The translations under genes and the position numbers were made by a program. Source: Leptonemataceae bacterium (GTDB lineage Bacteria; Spirochaetota; Leptospiria; Leptospirales; Leptonemataceae). From it: a stretch of 64,000 nucleotides of DNA. How positions within the stretch are numbered: position 1 is the first letter of the stretch; each line of letters starts with the position of its first letter. The stretch covers positions 384,001 through 448,000 of the forward strand of contig OZ245742.1 in NCBI GenBank assembly GCA_965227295.1, written 5' to 3'. Positions 20,134 through 30,570 of this stretch are shown in pieces. A model generated the notes under the pieces. It was not told where the DNA came from. It searched no databases and saw nothing but the letters and a program-made list of their open reading frames with translations.

Positions 20134-21102
20134 TTACTGTTCCACGCAGAGCACCGAGCGCGTGTTGCTGCAATTCGGTGAACCGCCGCCGCCGCTGAGG
20201 GCGTTCGCATCCACGGCCGTGGCATCCCCCCGTTCACCCTGGTTCGCCGCGCCGCCGGTGCCGGTGCTGGTCCAGGAGGAACAGTGCAACGTGCTGATGG
20301 TCCAGTCGGCGTTCAGGCCGGTCCAGTAGGTTCCAGTGGTGCCGAAGGAATTGCTTAACGTGCCGAAAACAAAGATGCCGTTCGCATCCGTGGTCAGAAT
20401 CGCCGTCGACGTCCCCGCGCGCACGTAGCTGGTGTTCGCCGCGAAAGCCCAATCGTTCGCGCCGCCGGACGGCGAGCAGTTGGCGTTCGTGCACGCGATG
20501 CGCAAACCGCTCTGAACCAGCATGGCCTTGTAAGTTCCGGAGCCGGGCCAGTTCGCATCGCCGGCATTGTTGCAGGCCGTGTCCGCCGCGGTCAGCCCGC
20601 CGCCGCCGATATTGCCCTGGAAGGTGGAGTTTGTAATCCAGATGCGCTTTGCCGCGGAACAGGTCACGGTTACGCTAACATTGGAGCCGGCAATTGTACC
20701 GCTGCCGCTCGCTACGGCGCAGGTACGATCTCCCGGCTGCGTCGACACGGTGACGTTGTACGTGTCTCCGTCCACGATGGCCGTGGCAAAGGCGGTCGTC
20801 CCGTCCGCCGTGAGATTCAGATCGTCGCCGCCGTTGTTTTGTAGAGTGAGCGTACCGGCGGTGCCGGTGAGCCCGGTGACCGTGACGCTGACGACAAACG
20901 ATTGCGTGGCCGGCGTATCCGTATCACCGTCCTCCGCCGGAATGTCCGGCAGCGACGGACCCGGCTGTAGCAGGAGCGGCAATAGATAGCCGGCATAGCC
21001 CTGGGTCGCGTCGTAGTTCGCGCACTGCAGCAGCAAAGCGGCGGCCCACAGCAGGACGGCCGGGGAAGATGTCAAACGCCACCGGGACATCGGCAGCCGC
21101 AT
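20134..21102 (-). CDS. DUF1554 (endostatin-like, Len-type) surface lipoprotein with an Ig-like stalk
   Basis: Lipobox LLQC; stalk VTVTGL..LQNNGGDDL..YNVTVSTQP; DUF1554-type GLTAADTAC..YKAML..YWTGLNADWT..C..VLCVEQ. Confidence 0.8.
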   Translation of the reverse strand: MRLPMSRWRLTSSPAVLLWAAALLLQCANYDATQGYAGYLLPLLLQPGPSLPDIPAEDGDTDTPATQSFVVSVTVTGLTGTAGTLTLQNNGGDDLNLTADGTTAFATAIVDGDTYNVTVSTQPGDRTCAVASGSGTIAGSNVSVTVTCSAAKRIWITNSTFQGNIGGGGLTAADTACNNAGDANWPGSGTYKAMLVQSGLRIACTNANCSPSGGANDWAFAANTSYVRAGTSTAILTTDANGIFVFGTLSNSFGTTGTYWTGLNADWTISTLHCSSWTSTGTGGAANQGERGDATAVDANALSGGGGSPNCSNTRSVLCVEQ

Positions 21103-21177
21103 AGACTACCATTCACTGGAAGGTTGTCCAGTGGAATTCGCAGGCCCTGGCGCCACAACGTAATCTAACAAGAACCA

Positions 21178-23394
21178 TCAACCGACGGAAATCGTAATCC
21201 GGGCACGACTGGAGCGGCCCGGGACGCTGTCGAACGAAAGAGAGCCGCCGGCCACGGCCAACAGCGCTCCGTGGAGCGAGAGCCCCTGCCCGGCCCCGCC
21301 GTTCCGCGCATCCGCGCCCGCGCCCGTTTCCCGGCCGTCGCCTTTGTCCGCCGCAAGGCCCGGGCCGTTGTCTTCGATGATCAGCTCCAGGGCCGGCGCG
21401 CGGTCCGTGTGCTCGATCAACGACATGGTAAAACGCAGTTCCGGTTCGCGGTTTCCGCGCCGGCCGTGGCGCGCCGCATTGCGAATCATCTCGCGCGCCG
21501 CGTAAAAGACCGTCTCCAATGCGAGGGCCGGCAGACGTTGCGCCGCACGATCCGCTTCCGTATTGCTCTTCCACAGCAAACGATCGAAACCGCCCTCCCG
21601 TTCGGCAGCATGACGCAGCGCGTGCGATAACCCCAGGCGCTCCAGATCGGGATGCACCGCGGCCGGGATCTCGCGTAACAATTGCGAAAGCCGCGCGTGA
21701 ATTTCCGTGAGACCGGCGAGTACGTTTTCCCCGCCGCTGATGTGCGAAAGTTCCAGGATGGACGCATGGATGGCCGGCAGAATGTCATCGTGTACAACTC
21801 GACGCGCGCGATCGTCACCCAGTTTGCCTTCGAGGATGCGACTGCGCTGGAGCGATACCACGATGCGCGACAATCGCGCCGCGGCCAGGGTATCCACCAG
21901 GCGCTCGGCGGCCGCCTGCGCAATCTCCACTTCTTCCTGGGTATAGAGGCCGCCGCCGTGTTGTTCGCCCAGCAGCAGGACGCCGGCCGCGCTCGCCGGC
22001 TGCGCCGACCACAGCGGCACGGCCAGGATCGCGCCGCCGTAACGCGCGGGGTCCACGGACAACAGCCGCGGGTTCGCGAACGACCGGCTGTTCAGCAGTT
22101 CCCCGGAACCACCGACCTCCCCGGCGATGCGGGCAAAGCGTAACTCCAGTTCATGCAAACTTTCGGCCGCAGGAAGTTTACGATCGGCCGCCGCCGGCGG
22201 ATATACGAGCGGCGCGTCGATAAACAGGCGCGCCTCGCCCAGGGGAAAAAGATAAGCCAGCTTGCAATGCAGAATGTCCCGACAGAGTTCCGGAAAGGGA
22301 TGCGGCAACGCCTCGTCACTCTGGCCGGTGCCGCGGCGTCCTTCTTGAATCACGCTACCGTAGAGATTCTGCGAACTGAGAAACGGCCGGAGGATTTCTA
22401 AGTGCCGGTTACGTTCGCGGTTCTGGGAGCGTCCCATCAGCACGAAGACGAGGACCGCGAGGCAGGCCGTACTCATGATTGTGAATCCGCCGGTGCCCAT
22501 CCACCAACGAACGCACGCAAAGAACAAACCCGCGGCCAGCGCGAAAAAGATGACCAGGTGCCACTGGCGAAAGAGGCCGCGCCGCGGCAGCGCGCCGGAG
22601 AAGAGTTCGTAGTAGATCGTGGCGCGACCGGTAAAGAGAATCGCCACGGTCACGAGCAAGGCGACCGGCGTGTCCAGATCCATCAGGAAACGAACCTCAC
22701 CTACGAAATCGTTGTGGCCGTTGTAACGATTGTACAGAAACCAGCTCAAAAAGCCGGCCACCACCAGGCTCACCAGGAACAGGGCCGTCCCGGCTCCCAG
22801 AATGGACGAGCGAGCCCGCTCCCGGGCCGTATCTTTCAGGTTGCCGCTGCGCCGACGCCGACCGAGGAGGATCCCTAAGGCACAACCGGTGGAAGTTAGC
22901 AGGTAGAGCCCGAAGAAAATCAGAAAGATCGTGTAGGCGAACGGGGCGCCGTAAAACGGGACGTTGCCGCCCACTATGGTTGCGAGATCCGGGATGGACC
23001 CCGCGAACCACAGTACGCCGGGGGTGGACAAAAACAACAACACGACAACATAAACCGACGGGCTGCGTTTCAGAAGGCCTTTGTGCTCGTCGAAGTATCC
23101 CGCGAAGTAAAGGACCACGGCGAACCAGCACAGCGGCAGAACGTAGAGTGTGGCGAGAGTCGGGTACCAGAGATACACCAGGACGAAGACCACCACGCGA
23201 CCGCCGCCGAGCTGAATGGTATAGGCGCCGTGAAAGGCCGCGGCGGCGAGCAGACTGAGCGACGCGAAGTAAACACTGGCCCGCCGGCGCTCGGGTTGCA
23301 GGAGGACCGTGGCTCCCAGCCAGAGCAGGAGCAACGTGTTCACCAGCGTCACCATGGGACGCAGGAAGAGGGTTACGGCATCGAACTCCGGCAT
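21178..23394 (-). CDS. Multi-TM sensor histidine kinase (GAF-like, HisKA_3-like, HATPase)
   Basis: About 9 TM helices; H-box RRVVHDDILP; REMIRNAARHG, EDNGPG, GQGLSL. Confidence 0.85.
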   Translation of the reverse strand: MPEFDAVTLFLRPMVTLVNTLLLLWLGATVLLQPERRRASVYFASLSLLAAAAFHGAYTIQLGGGRVVVFVLVYLWYPTLATLYVLPLCWFAVVLYFAGYFDEHKGLLKRSPSVYVVVLLFLSTPGVLWFAGSIPDLATIVGGNVPFYGAPFAYTIFLIFFGLYLLTSTGCALGILLGRRRRSGNLKDTARERARSSILGAGTALFLVSLVVAGFLSWFLYNRYNGHNDFVGEVRFLMDLDTPVALLVTVAILFTGRATIYYELFSGALPRRGLFRQWHLVIFFALAAGLFFACVRWWMGTGGFTIMSTACLAVLVFVLMGRSQNRERNRHLEILRPFLSSQNLYGSVIQEGRRGTGQSDEALPHPFPELCRDILHCKLAYLFPLGEARLFIDAPLVYPPAAADRKLPAAESLHELELRFARIAGEVGGSGELLNSRSFANPRLLSVDPARYGGAILAVPLWSAQPASAAGVLLLGEQHGGGLYTQEEVEIAQAAAERLVDTLAAARLSRIVVSLQRSRILEGKLGDDRARRVVHDDILPAIHASILELSHISGGENVLAGLTEIHARLSQLLREIPAAVHPDLERLGLSHALRHAAEREGGFDRLLWKSNTEADRAAQRLPALALETVFYAAREMIRNAARHGRRGNREPELRFTMSLIEHTDRAPALELIIEDNGPGLAADKGDGRETGAGADARNGGAGQGLSLHGALLAVAGGSLSFDSVPGRSSRARITISVG

Positions 23395-23428
23395 CAGCCC
23401 CTAACTGCGTCTGTAGTGAAATTAAGGC

Positions 23429-24253
23429 TTACTTCCACTCGACCCATTCTCCGTTCGCGTCTTCGACGTGGGCCTGGCCGTCGTCGTCCCACTGAATCAT
23501 GCGGCCTTCGCGAACGATCAAAACGGCGCGTACGCGGGCGACCTTTTCGTCGTCGGCGTTTTCGTTGAGGCCCCAGGTGGCGTAGATCTGCCCGTTGATG
23601 CGTGCGACGCTGCGTTTGTCGCGAAAGCCCAGGCGGTCGGCGATTTGCCGGTTGCTGAGCCCCGCGGCAAGCATGATTGCCGTGCGCCGTTCGTTGGGTT
23701 CCAGCAGGTCCAGGGGCGAGCGCGCGTCGCGATCACCGACTTCCATGACGCGACTCTCAATGTCCGGATCGATGAAGGACTTGCCGGCCGCCGCATCTTT
23801 CAGGAGCGGGGCGATCATGGACGGCAACAGATAGTTCGACTTCCGCACGTAGGCGTAATGACTGAGGATGCCCGAGTTCCGAAACTGCCGGTAATACTCA
23901 TCGTCGTCCTGAATCGAATAAAAGACCACGGGCATGCGCGGGAACTCCCGACGAATGGCCACCGCCGCTTCGATGCCGTTCTGCTCGCCGGCCAATTGTA
24001 CATCCATGAGGATCGCCGCCGGCGGCGTTTCGCTGGCAATGCAGAAGTCCAGCGCCTCTTCGCCGCTTTCGCTTTCGTGCAGGACTTTGAGTTCGCCGGT
24101 TTCTTCCAGGCCCTGGATCAGAGCGGGGCGCAACCGAACGTTGTCTTCGACGACGAGGATGGACAGGGGCGGCGTGCTCACGGTGCGTTGGGTCTCGCTC
24201 TTTGCGCTGGAAGATTTAGAGGATGATTTGCGTTTGGCTTCGGCGACGGGCAT
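23429..24253 (-). CDS. Response regulator with a LuxR-like HTH
   Basis: ILVVEDN, ILMDVQL receiver; LAAGLSNRQIADRLG HTH. Confidence 0.88.
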   Translation of the reverse strand: MPVAEAKRKSSSKSSSAKSETQRTVSTPPLSILVVEDNVRLRPALIQGLEETGELKVLHESESGEEALDFCIASETPPAAILMDVQLAGEQNGIEAAVAIRREFPRMPVVFYSIQDDDEYYRQFRNSGILSHYAYVRKSNYLLPSMIAPLLKDAAAGKSFIDPDIESRVMEVGDRDARSPLDLLEPNERRTAIMLAAGLSNRQIADRLGFRDKRSVARINGQIYATWGLNENADDEKVARVRAVLIVREGRMIQWDDDGQAHVEDANGEWVEWK

Positions 24254-24378
24254 CTTTGGTTCTCCGGGGGAACGCGGTCAAGTGCGTTCGTTTTGCATGA
24301 TCTTACGCGATGCGAGGCGGTCGATGCGACGTCTTGATGCACGACCGGGAAGCACCCGGGTGCGCGAACATTTTCACA

Positions 24379-24783
24379 TCATGCGCCGTCGCGCAGCACG
24401 AACGCCAGCGCAACAACGTGCACATGCCGTACCGGCTGCGCATCGGTTGCGGTTTGCACGGCCACGTACGCCGCAGCGATGAGCGCGAACGTGCCGAGCT
24501 GCAACAACTCCCCGGCACTCCGCGCACGCAGGTAGGCCATCGTCGAACGCAGCATCTCGGCAGTCGTTACGGGTTCCTGCAACGACGCCGCGCCGCCGCT
24601 CACGTAGGCCCGCGCGTAGTGCGTCCATAACATCTGCGCGTTCGGCGCGTGCAAAAAGAATCCGAGCGGCCAGCGGAGCGAGCGTTCGTGCAATCGATAG
24701 ATGCGCTCGGCCCGGCGAATCGTGCGGCTTTCGCGGTCCAGACCGGCCAGCGAGCGACGCAGTGTGCGGTAACTGATCTTCAT
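24379..24783 (-). CDS. Hypothetical protein
   Basis: ATG-started 134-aa ORF filling the gap, co-directional with its neighbours; no recognised motif. Confidence 0.45.
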   Translation of the reverse strand: MKISYRTLRRSLAGLDRESRTIRRAERIYRLHERSLRWPLGFFLHAPNAQMLWTHYARAYVSGGAASLQEPVTTAEMLRSTMAYLRARSAGELLQLGTFALIAAAYVAVQTATDAQPVRHVHVVALAFVLRDGA

Positions 24784-24853
24784 AGAATGTTAGTCGCACG
24801 AAACGGTGGAAATGTCCACGATGCGGGGAGCCGGCGGCGAGCACACGGGTGGT

Positions 24854-25152
24854 TCAGGGAGGCATAAGTGTATCCGGTGGAAACTTGCGTTTTCCGTGAA
24901 TCACACCGAGAACGGAAAGACGCGCGTCCTCGCGTTGGTAGACGACACGGTACGAATACAGAATGATCTCCCGAACATCACCACGGCCCACTCCGGGACG
25001 ACTCGTCCAATCTCGGGGAACCGGACGAGGGCATCGACGCGATCTTTAATCTCCTGAACAACACGCCGGGCATAGTATCGGGAATCCCGGGCAATAAAGG
25101 CACGAATTTCAGAAAGATCTTTTCGAGCCTGGCCGGACCAGATTACTTCCAC
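24854..25152 (-). pseudogene. RelE/ParE-family toxin with a 1-nt deletion frameshift near 24990
   Basis: MEVIWSGQARKDLSEI...FPEIGRVVPE continues in a shifted frame as GRGDVREIILYSYRVVYQ...VLGVIHGKRK to TGA at 24854. The span is 299 nt, one short of 100 codons. Confidence 0.85.
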
Positions 25153-25322
25153 GCATCCAGCTCTTTCTGAAGGTCGTCCGAAGAAATGTAATCCCCATTT
25201 TGTATATCCCGCATTCCCGCTTCGATTTTATCGAGGACATACAATCGGTACATCATATCCTCGACGGAGGCGTCCTCCGGCAGATTTGCCAGGGCTTCGA
25301 GGGCTTTTGCCTTCATGGACAT
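25143..25322 (-). CDS. Cognate antitoxin (59 aa)
   Basis: Translated by hand: MSMKAKALEALANLPEDASVEDMMYRLYVLDKIEAGMRDIQNGDYISSDDLQKELDAWK. Overlaps the toxin GTG start. Confidence 0.85.
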   Translation of the reverse strand: MSMKAKALEALANLPEDASVEDMMYRLYVLDKIEAGMRDIQNGDYISSDDLQKELDAWK

Positions 25323-25389
25323 GTCGGGAATCTATCAGCTCGCATGATGGATGGCAACGAAAATCCTGGATGTATCTCAGCTCTTTGCT

Positions 25390-25486
25390 GGGCGCCTCGC
25401 CGCCTGCGGCGGCGACCGGGCTTTCCAGGGCTCCGCCTTCGGCTCCGGACTTGCGGCTGCGCCGCAACCCTTCCAATCCCTGGCGC
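25390..25486 (+). ncRNA. Flavo-1-like structured repeat, copy D
   Basis: GGGCGCCTCGCCGCC..GGCGACCGGGCTTTCCAGGGCTCCG...ACCCTTCCAATCCCTGGCGC. Confidence 0.65.
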
Positions 25487-25510
25487 AAGAAGTAAGATGC
25501 AGCCGCCGGC

Positions 25511-27640
25511 CTAAGACTTCTCTTCCAAATACTTCAACACGGCGCCGTAGAGCACATGATTCCGCCGCGCGGCCGACTTCTGGGTTTCGTTGATCTTCGA
25601 ACTTGTAAGCACCGGAATGAGTTCGTCGATCTTCGCGTTGAGTTCCTTCTTAAGCCGTGCGCCGTGTTGCTGAATGTAATTGCGGCTGCCGTACACGGCG
25701 CCGTCGCTAACGGGAATGCGCACAATGTCCGCGTAGCCGGCTCCGCCGCCGTCGGCCCCGTCCAGGATCTTGCCGATGTAAAAAGAACTGCCCAGGTTCT
25801 CGCTCTTTTCCAGAACGCCGCGGCCCGGAAAAGCGAAGCGCCCCCAGGACTCTTCGAGAAAACTCACCATGTTGGCCATGGTCTTTTTTTCGTCGACACC
25901 GCCCTTGATGTTCTCCTGAGCCCGGGCCTTGATTTCCTGCTTCGCATCCCGGCGACGATCTTCCATGCCGGCATCCCGACGGCGGCGCAGGGCTTCGGCT
26001 TGCTTTTCCCGGCGGTGCTGTTTGATGGCCGCAACCTCGTCGACGCCCACCTCGCTGCCGGTAAGAAACATTAACATACGCCGCCACCATGTTAAGTGCT
26101 GCGAGTAGGCCTTACGCAGAGTTTCTTTTAGTTCAAAGAGCGGCTTCGGGCCGATGAACTCACGCAACTTATCCTCGGGCGTACGATCCAGGCCCAGGAT
26201 ATCTTCCAGAAGTTCCAGCAGGTATTTGTCGCCGGACTTTTCGAACAGGTCCACCGCGGAATCGATGGCGTTTTGCACGGCGACCTCGTTTCGCGGCAGG
26301 GCGTAGACCACATCGAATTCCGTGAGCGGGGTATTGCGGCCCGGCTCCACCACATCCATGGAAGGCACCGAACCGATCAGCAGTCCCGAGACCTTCCTGC
26401 CGGCCATGATCTCGCGGATGTACTGTTCTTTAAAACGTTGCTTGCCGCCGCGTTTGTAGATCTCAACCAGGTTCGCCGTATTCTTGATGCCGTCGACGAT
26501 CGTCTTCAGTGCTTCGTGTTCTTTCTTTTGCTGCGCGGCTTCCCGGGCGGCGCGCACCATCTCCGAAAGCTTCACCGCCTCGATGATGAACTCGGGCATG
26601 GGCGCCGGCATCTCTTTGCCGCTCTGGAGTTTTTTCAAAAGATCTTTCGCCAGCGGCTCGCATTCCTCGAGGAACTTATCGACTTCTTTGCGCGTGTAGT
26701 AGGCGTTCTGAAAGAGATCGAGATCGTTGACTTTCTTGAACGCGTCGCTGATCAAAAACAAACACAGGTTCAGGTAGCGCGCGCGCAGACGATCCCCGTC
26801 GTTGAAGTAGACGAGATCCGGAAAACTGCGCAACGCCGCCGTGCTGGAATTGCGGATGTCCTGGCAGGAGATGACACGCAGGGCTCCTCCCGCCTGCAAC
26901 TCCTTGATCAACGGCAGGTACAGCCAGCGCCGCAACTGGCGGTTCGCGGCGTGCACGTGTTCAATGCGACGCTCGTCACCACCGGAGGGCGGTCGCAGAA
27001 AAATGCTGCGCGCCAGAAGATCGGCGCGTTCCTGGCGAATGGCGGCGGCCACGGAATCCAGGGACTTCGTTTCTTTGAACGTTTCCTGCACATCGGCCCA
27101 GTTCGTGAACACGAGCTTTTGTTGCATGGCGTTCTTCAGGCCCAGACTGGATTTCATGAGCGCCGTCTTGTAGCCGCGCATCACCGTGTTTTCTTTCGGT
27201 GACGAGGGCACCACGTACCGCGTGCGCACTTTGATCTCCGGGCCGCCGCCCTGCTTCGCTTCGAATACGAGTTCCCGCGTGAGATGAATAAAGGGCGACG
27301 GCTGGCCGACCAGGATCAAGAGCAAGTCCCGAAAGGAATCCTGGTCGGGCATGGGTTTGCGGTTCGCGGCCCGACGCCGGTTCTCGGTCATGGCGCGGTA
27401 AATGTCCGTGGCGGTGGGAAATTCCAGCGTGCCCTTGTCGTACGCCAGTTGGACGAGTTCGTGGATGACGTCGTAGATCGCGCCGAGATCGTCTTTGTGT
27501 TCGACGAAGTCTTCCGTCTGCCCCTCGGTGGCCTGCACGCCGAAGATGCGTTCGGCGAGATCCTTGCTGACGTAGTCCGGCTCGCCGGCGCGATCGGCGG
27601 CTTCGGTTCCGGATTCTGATTCGCGCGTATCCGGCGGCAT
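25511..27640 (-). CDS. Large hypothetical cytoplasmic protein with coiled-coil regions (709 aa)
   Basis: Long ORF with host-like codon usage; no recognised motif. Confidence 0.75.
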   Translation of the reverse strand: MPPDTRESESGTEAADRAGEPDYVSKDLAERIFGVQATEGQTEDFVEHKDDLGAIYDVIHELVQLAYDKGTLEFPTATDIYRAMTENRRRAANRKPMPDQDSFRDLLLILVGQPSPFIHLTRELVFEAKQGGGPEIKVRTRYVVPSSPKENTVMRGYKTALMKSSLGLKNAMQQKLVFTNWADVQETFKETKSLDSVAAAIRQERADLLARSIFLRPPSGGDERRIEHVHAANRQLRRWLYLPLIKELQAGGALRVISCQDIRNSSTAALRSFPDLVYFNDGDRLRARYLNLCLFLISDAFKKVNDLDLFQNAYYTRKEVDKFLEECEPLAKDLLKKLQSGKEMPAPMPEFIIEAVKLSEMVRAAREAAQQKKEHEALKTIVDGIKNTANLVEIYKRGGKQRFKEQYIREIMAGRKVSGLLIGSVPSMDVVEPGRNTPLTEFDVVYALPRNEVAVQNAIDSAVDLFEKSGDKYLLELLEDILGLDRTPEDKLREFIGPKPLFELKETLRKAYSQHLTWWRRMLMFLTGSEVGVDEVAAIKQHRREKQAEALRRRRDAGMEDRRRDAKQEIKARAQENIKGGVDEKKTMANMVSFLEESWGRFAFPGRGVLEKSENLGSSFYIGKILDGADGGGAGYADIVRIPVSDGAVYGSRNYIQQHGARLKKELNAKIDELIPVLTSSKINETQKSAARRNHVLYGAVLKYLEEKS

Positions 27641-27730
27641 TACGGGGAAATTATTTTTGCGCTCGTCCAGGCGTAAACGAGGAACTTTCCAGTTGATGTC
27701 GCGTATGCGTTAGAATATCGTTAGGCTGTC

Positions 27731-28990
27731 TCAGGTTTCTCGGACCTTGAGCACAACCGCGGTGAGATCGTCTTTCAGCGGCTCACCCTCGGCCCAATCA
27801 TCGCCGATGCGCAGAATGTCCGAGAGCAGCATGGAACACGGACGCGACGGATCCAGCATGGTGAGGCGTTCTTCCAGGCGATCGTAGTCCAGCATGCGTT
27901 TGTCGGGACTCATGATTTCGGGCAGGCCGTCGCTCATGAGGATGATGTTGTCGCCGGGCAACGCGGAGAACTGTGTTTCGTCGTAGGTGATGTCGTCGAA
28001 ATCGATCAGGCCCAGGGGCGGCCCGCAGAGCTGAAACTGATCCAGCCGGCCGTCGGCGCGGAGCACGTAGACCGGCGGCATGGAACCGCCGGAAACCCGC
28101 ACCCGCACCCCGCTATCCTCGGGGCGAATGGCCAGGAGATTCAAGGCCATGTTGCTTTCTTCTTTGAGCCCGGTCTCGACCATGATGCGATTGAGCCGGC
28201 CGCAGAGCCCGGCGAGGTTTTTGTAATCGAACCAGGCCAGCAGCAACGCTTTGGTCATGGCCACCATGCTGCCGGCGCCCACGCCGTGACCGGTGGCGTC
28301 GCCGATGGCGGCGACCAGGGCGCCGTCCGGACGATGAAAGAAATCGTAGTAGTCCCCGCCGACTTCGCTGGCCGTCCACTGCGCCGCGTCAATCTCAAGG
28401 AAGTTGCACGCCGGCGACTCGGACGGCAGGAGCATGCTCTGAATCTGCCGCGCGCGTTCGATCTCGCCGGTCTTGCGATCGTTGTCCCGGGCGACCCGAT
28501 CGTGATAGGCCTGCTCCAGGGAGCGCAGCCGACTCTTCTCGATGCAGGCATCGATGCGCGCACGCAAAAGGATCGGATCGAAGGGTTTCAGCAGATAGTC
28601 TTCGGCGCCCTGCTGGATGCACTGCGCGGCGGACTGCATGTCCTCGGTTCCGGTGATCATGATGACCGGCAAATCGCGGGTGTCCGGACTCTGCTTCACC
28701 CGCGCAAGTAACACCAGTCCGTCCATCTCCGGCAGGACGAGGTCGAGCAACAACAGATCAAAGCGACGTTCTCCCAGCAGACGCAACGCGTCGACGGCGC
28801 TCTCCGTCGCGACGACGTGATGCCCGGCTTCACGCAGTAGATCGGAAAGCACCCGACGATTCAAACGGCTGTCGTCTACAACGAGGACAGTCGCCGACTT
28901 CTTCTCCGCCGGACGCTCCAGGACGGAACGGCGCTGCGTATACGCCGCGAGCGAGGAACGCGGAATGGGTCCTGGAAGCTGGATTTCCAT
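27731..28990 (-). CDS. Response regulator receiver fused to a PP2C/SpoIIE phosphatase
   Basis: VLVVDDS..LLDLVLPEMDG..KPF; VGGDYYD, GDATGHG, MSDGL, DDLT. Confidence 0.92.
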   Translation of the reverse strand: MEIQLPGPIPRSSLAAYTQRRSVLERPAEKKSATVLVVDDSRLNRRVLSDLLREAGHHVVATESAVDALRLLGERRFDLLLLDLVLPEMDGLVLLARVKQSPDTRDLPVIMITGTEDMQSAAQCIQQGAEDYLLKPFDPILLRARIDACIEKSRLRSLEQAYHDRVARDNDRKTGEIERARQIQSMLLPSESPACNFLEIDAAQWTASEVGGDYYDFFHRPDGALVAAIGDATGHGVGAGSMVAMTKALLLAWFDYKNLAGLCGRLNRIMVETGLKEESNMALNLLAIRPEDSGVRVRVSGGSMPPVYVLRADGRLDQFQLCGPPLGLIDFDDITYDETQFSALPGDNIILMSDGLPEIMSPDKRMLDYDRLEERLTMLDPSRPCSMLLSDILRIGDDWAEGEPLKDDLTAVVLKVRET

Positions 28991-29247
28991 GATCGGGTTC
29001 GAGTATACCGGTAACTACAGACTCACGAACGTAAATCTACATACAGATAGACGACGAAATATTCAGAAAGATCGACAAAAGATCAAGGAAAGAATTGTGA
29101 AATCGGGTCCGGAAAGGATTAGAATTTCGCGAGCAAAAGGTCTAGTTTTTGTTAAAGAATTCCTACTTTTTTCGCCCCGACCCGCGACAATTTCAGGCGA
29201 AAGTTTGGTTGCGGGATACGTCGACCCGACAGTATGTTGAGTTCAGT

Positions 29248-29745
29248 ATGGCACGACCAACTCCGGAACTCATCACGGCCCTGCGCACCACGGCGGATCG
29301 TCTGGAACACGGCGATCGTTATCAATGGTCGCACATGGGAAGCTGCAACTGCGGCCACCTGGCCCAAACCATCACACCGTACTCCGGCGCGGAGATCCAT
29401 GCATCGGCGCTGCAACGTTCCGGAGACTGGAGTGAGCAGTCCATGTTCGAATACTGTCCGGGCAGCGGCCTCACCATCGACCGGGTCATCGACGCCATGG
29501 TGGAAATCGGCCTGAACACCGGGGACATTCCGTATCTGGAAAAGCTGGAGGATCCGCGCGTGCTGCGGCGCCTACCGCCGGGCGAACGTCATCTCCGACG
29601 CAATCGCCGCGAGGACGTTGTCCGGTACATGCGCGCCTGGGCCGATCTGCTCGCTGAAGAAATACGCGAACGCAATCCTCAGGCGCCGCTTGTCCGTCGG
29701 GTGGAACCCTTGACGACCGCGGCCGTTCCTGCCGGTCTCGCGTAA
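29248..29745 (+). CDS. Hypothetical protein with a CxCGH motif
   Basis: Start MARPTPELI; motifs YQWSHMGSCNCGHLAQ and YCPGSG. Confidence 0.75.
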   Translation: MARPTPELITALRTTADRLEHGDRYQWSHMGSCNCGHLAQTITPYSGAEIHASALQRSGDWSEQSMFEYCPGSGLTIDRVIDAMVEIGLNTGDIPYLEKLEDPRVLRRLPPGERHLRRNRREDVVRYMRAWADLLAEEIRERNPQAPLVRRVEPLTTAAVPAGLA

Positions 29746-29746
29746 C

Positions 29747-30562
29747 GTGCGCACCACATTGCATCTCATCTTCCGGTCGGCCATTCTCGCGTTGCTCTTC
29801 GCCCTGACGACGACGTGTGAACCGTCGGCCACCAACGCCGCCGGCTCCGTCGTCGCCTACGAGTACGAAGTCGTCGCAACATACCCCCACGATACGCAGG
29901 CCTTCACGCAGGGTTTCGTCTACACCCGGAACGGCGATCGGGACGCGTACTACGAAAGCACGGGCCTGCGCGGTCGCTCGTCGCTGCGCCTGGTCGACCT
30001 GAAGTCCGGCCGCGTGCTGCGGAGCCGGCAACTCGATGCGCGCTACTTCGGCGAAGGCCTGGCGTTGCATGACGGCCGGCTCATTCAGTTAACCTGGCAG
30101 TTAAAGACCGGTTTCATCTACGACGCCGCCACGTTTGAGAAGCTCAGCGAGTTCCGGTACACCACCGAGGGCTGGGGCCTCACGTACGATGCGGATCGCG
30201 AGCGTCTGATCCTGAGCGACGGCAGTGATCGGCTCTACTTCTACGATCCGAAGACTCTGCGCCCCACGGACTGGGTGGCCGTACGCGACGAGGGCCGGCC
30301 GGTGGAGCGACTCAACGAACTGGAGTACATCGACGGCAAGGTCTACGCGAACGTATGGCAGACGGATCGCATTGTCATCATCGATCCCGCGGACGGGAAC
30401 GTGACCGGCCGTGTCGATCTACACGGCCTGCTGGACGCCAAAGACCTGGTGAACGGGCCGGACGTCCTGAACGGCATTGCCCATGACGCGAAAACGGGAC
30501 GCCTCTTCGTTACGGGCAAGCTGTGGCCGAAGGTCTTTGAGATTCGCCTGCGCAAAAAATAA
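29747..30562 (+). CDS. Glutaminyl-peptide cyclotransferase (type I, beta-propeller)
   Basis: YPHDTQAFTQG, YESTG, FGEGL, QLTW, EGWGL, LNELE, VLNGIA, TGKLWP. Confidence 0.92.
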   Translation: MRTTLHLIFRSAILALLFALTTTCEPSATNAAGSVVAYEYEVVATYPHDTQAFTQGFVYTRNGDRDAYYESTGLRGRSSLRLVDLKSGRVLRSRQLDARYFGEGLALHDGRLIQLTWQLKTGFIYDAATFEKLSEFRYTTEGWGLTYDADRERLILSDGSDRLYFYDPKTLRPTDWVAVRDEGRPVERLNELEYIDGKVYANVWQTDRIVIIDPADGNVTGRVDLHGLLDAKDLVNGPDVLNGIAHDAKTGRLFVTGKLWPKVFEIRLRKK

Positions 30563-30570
30563 TCCCACTC

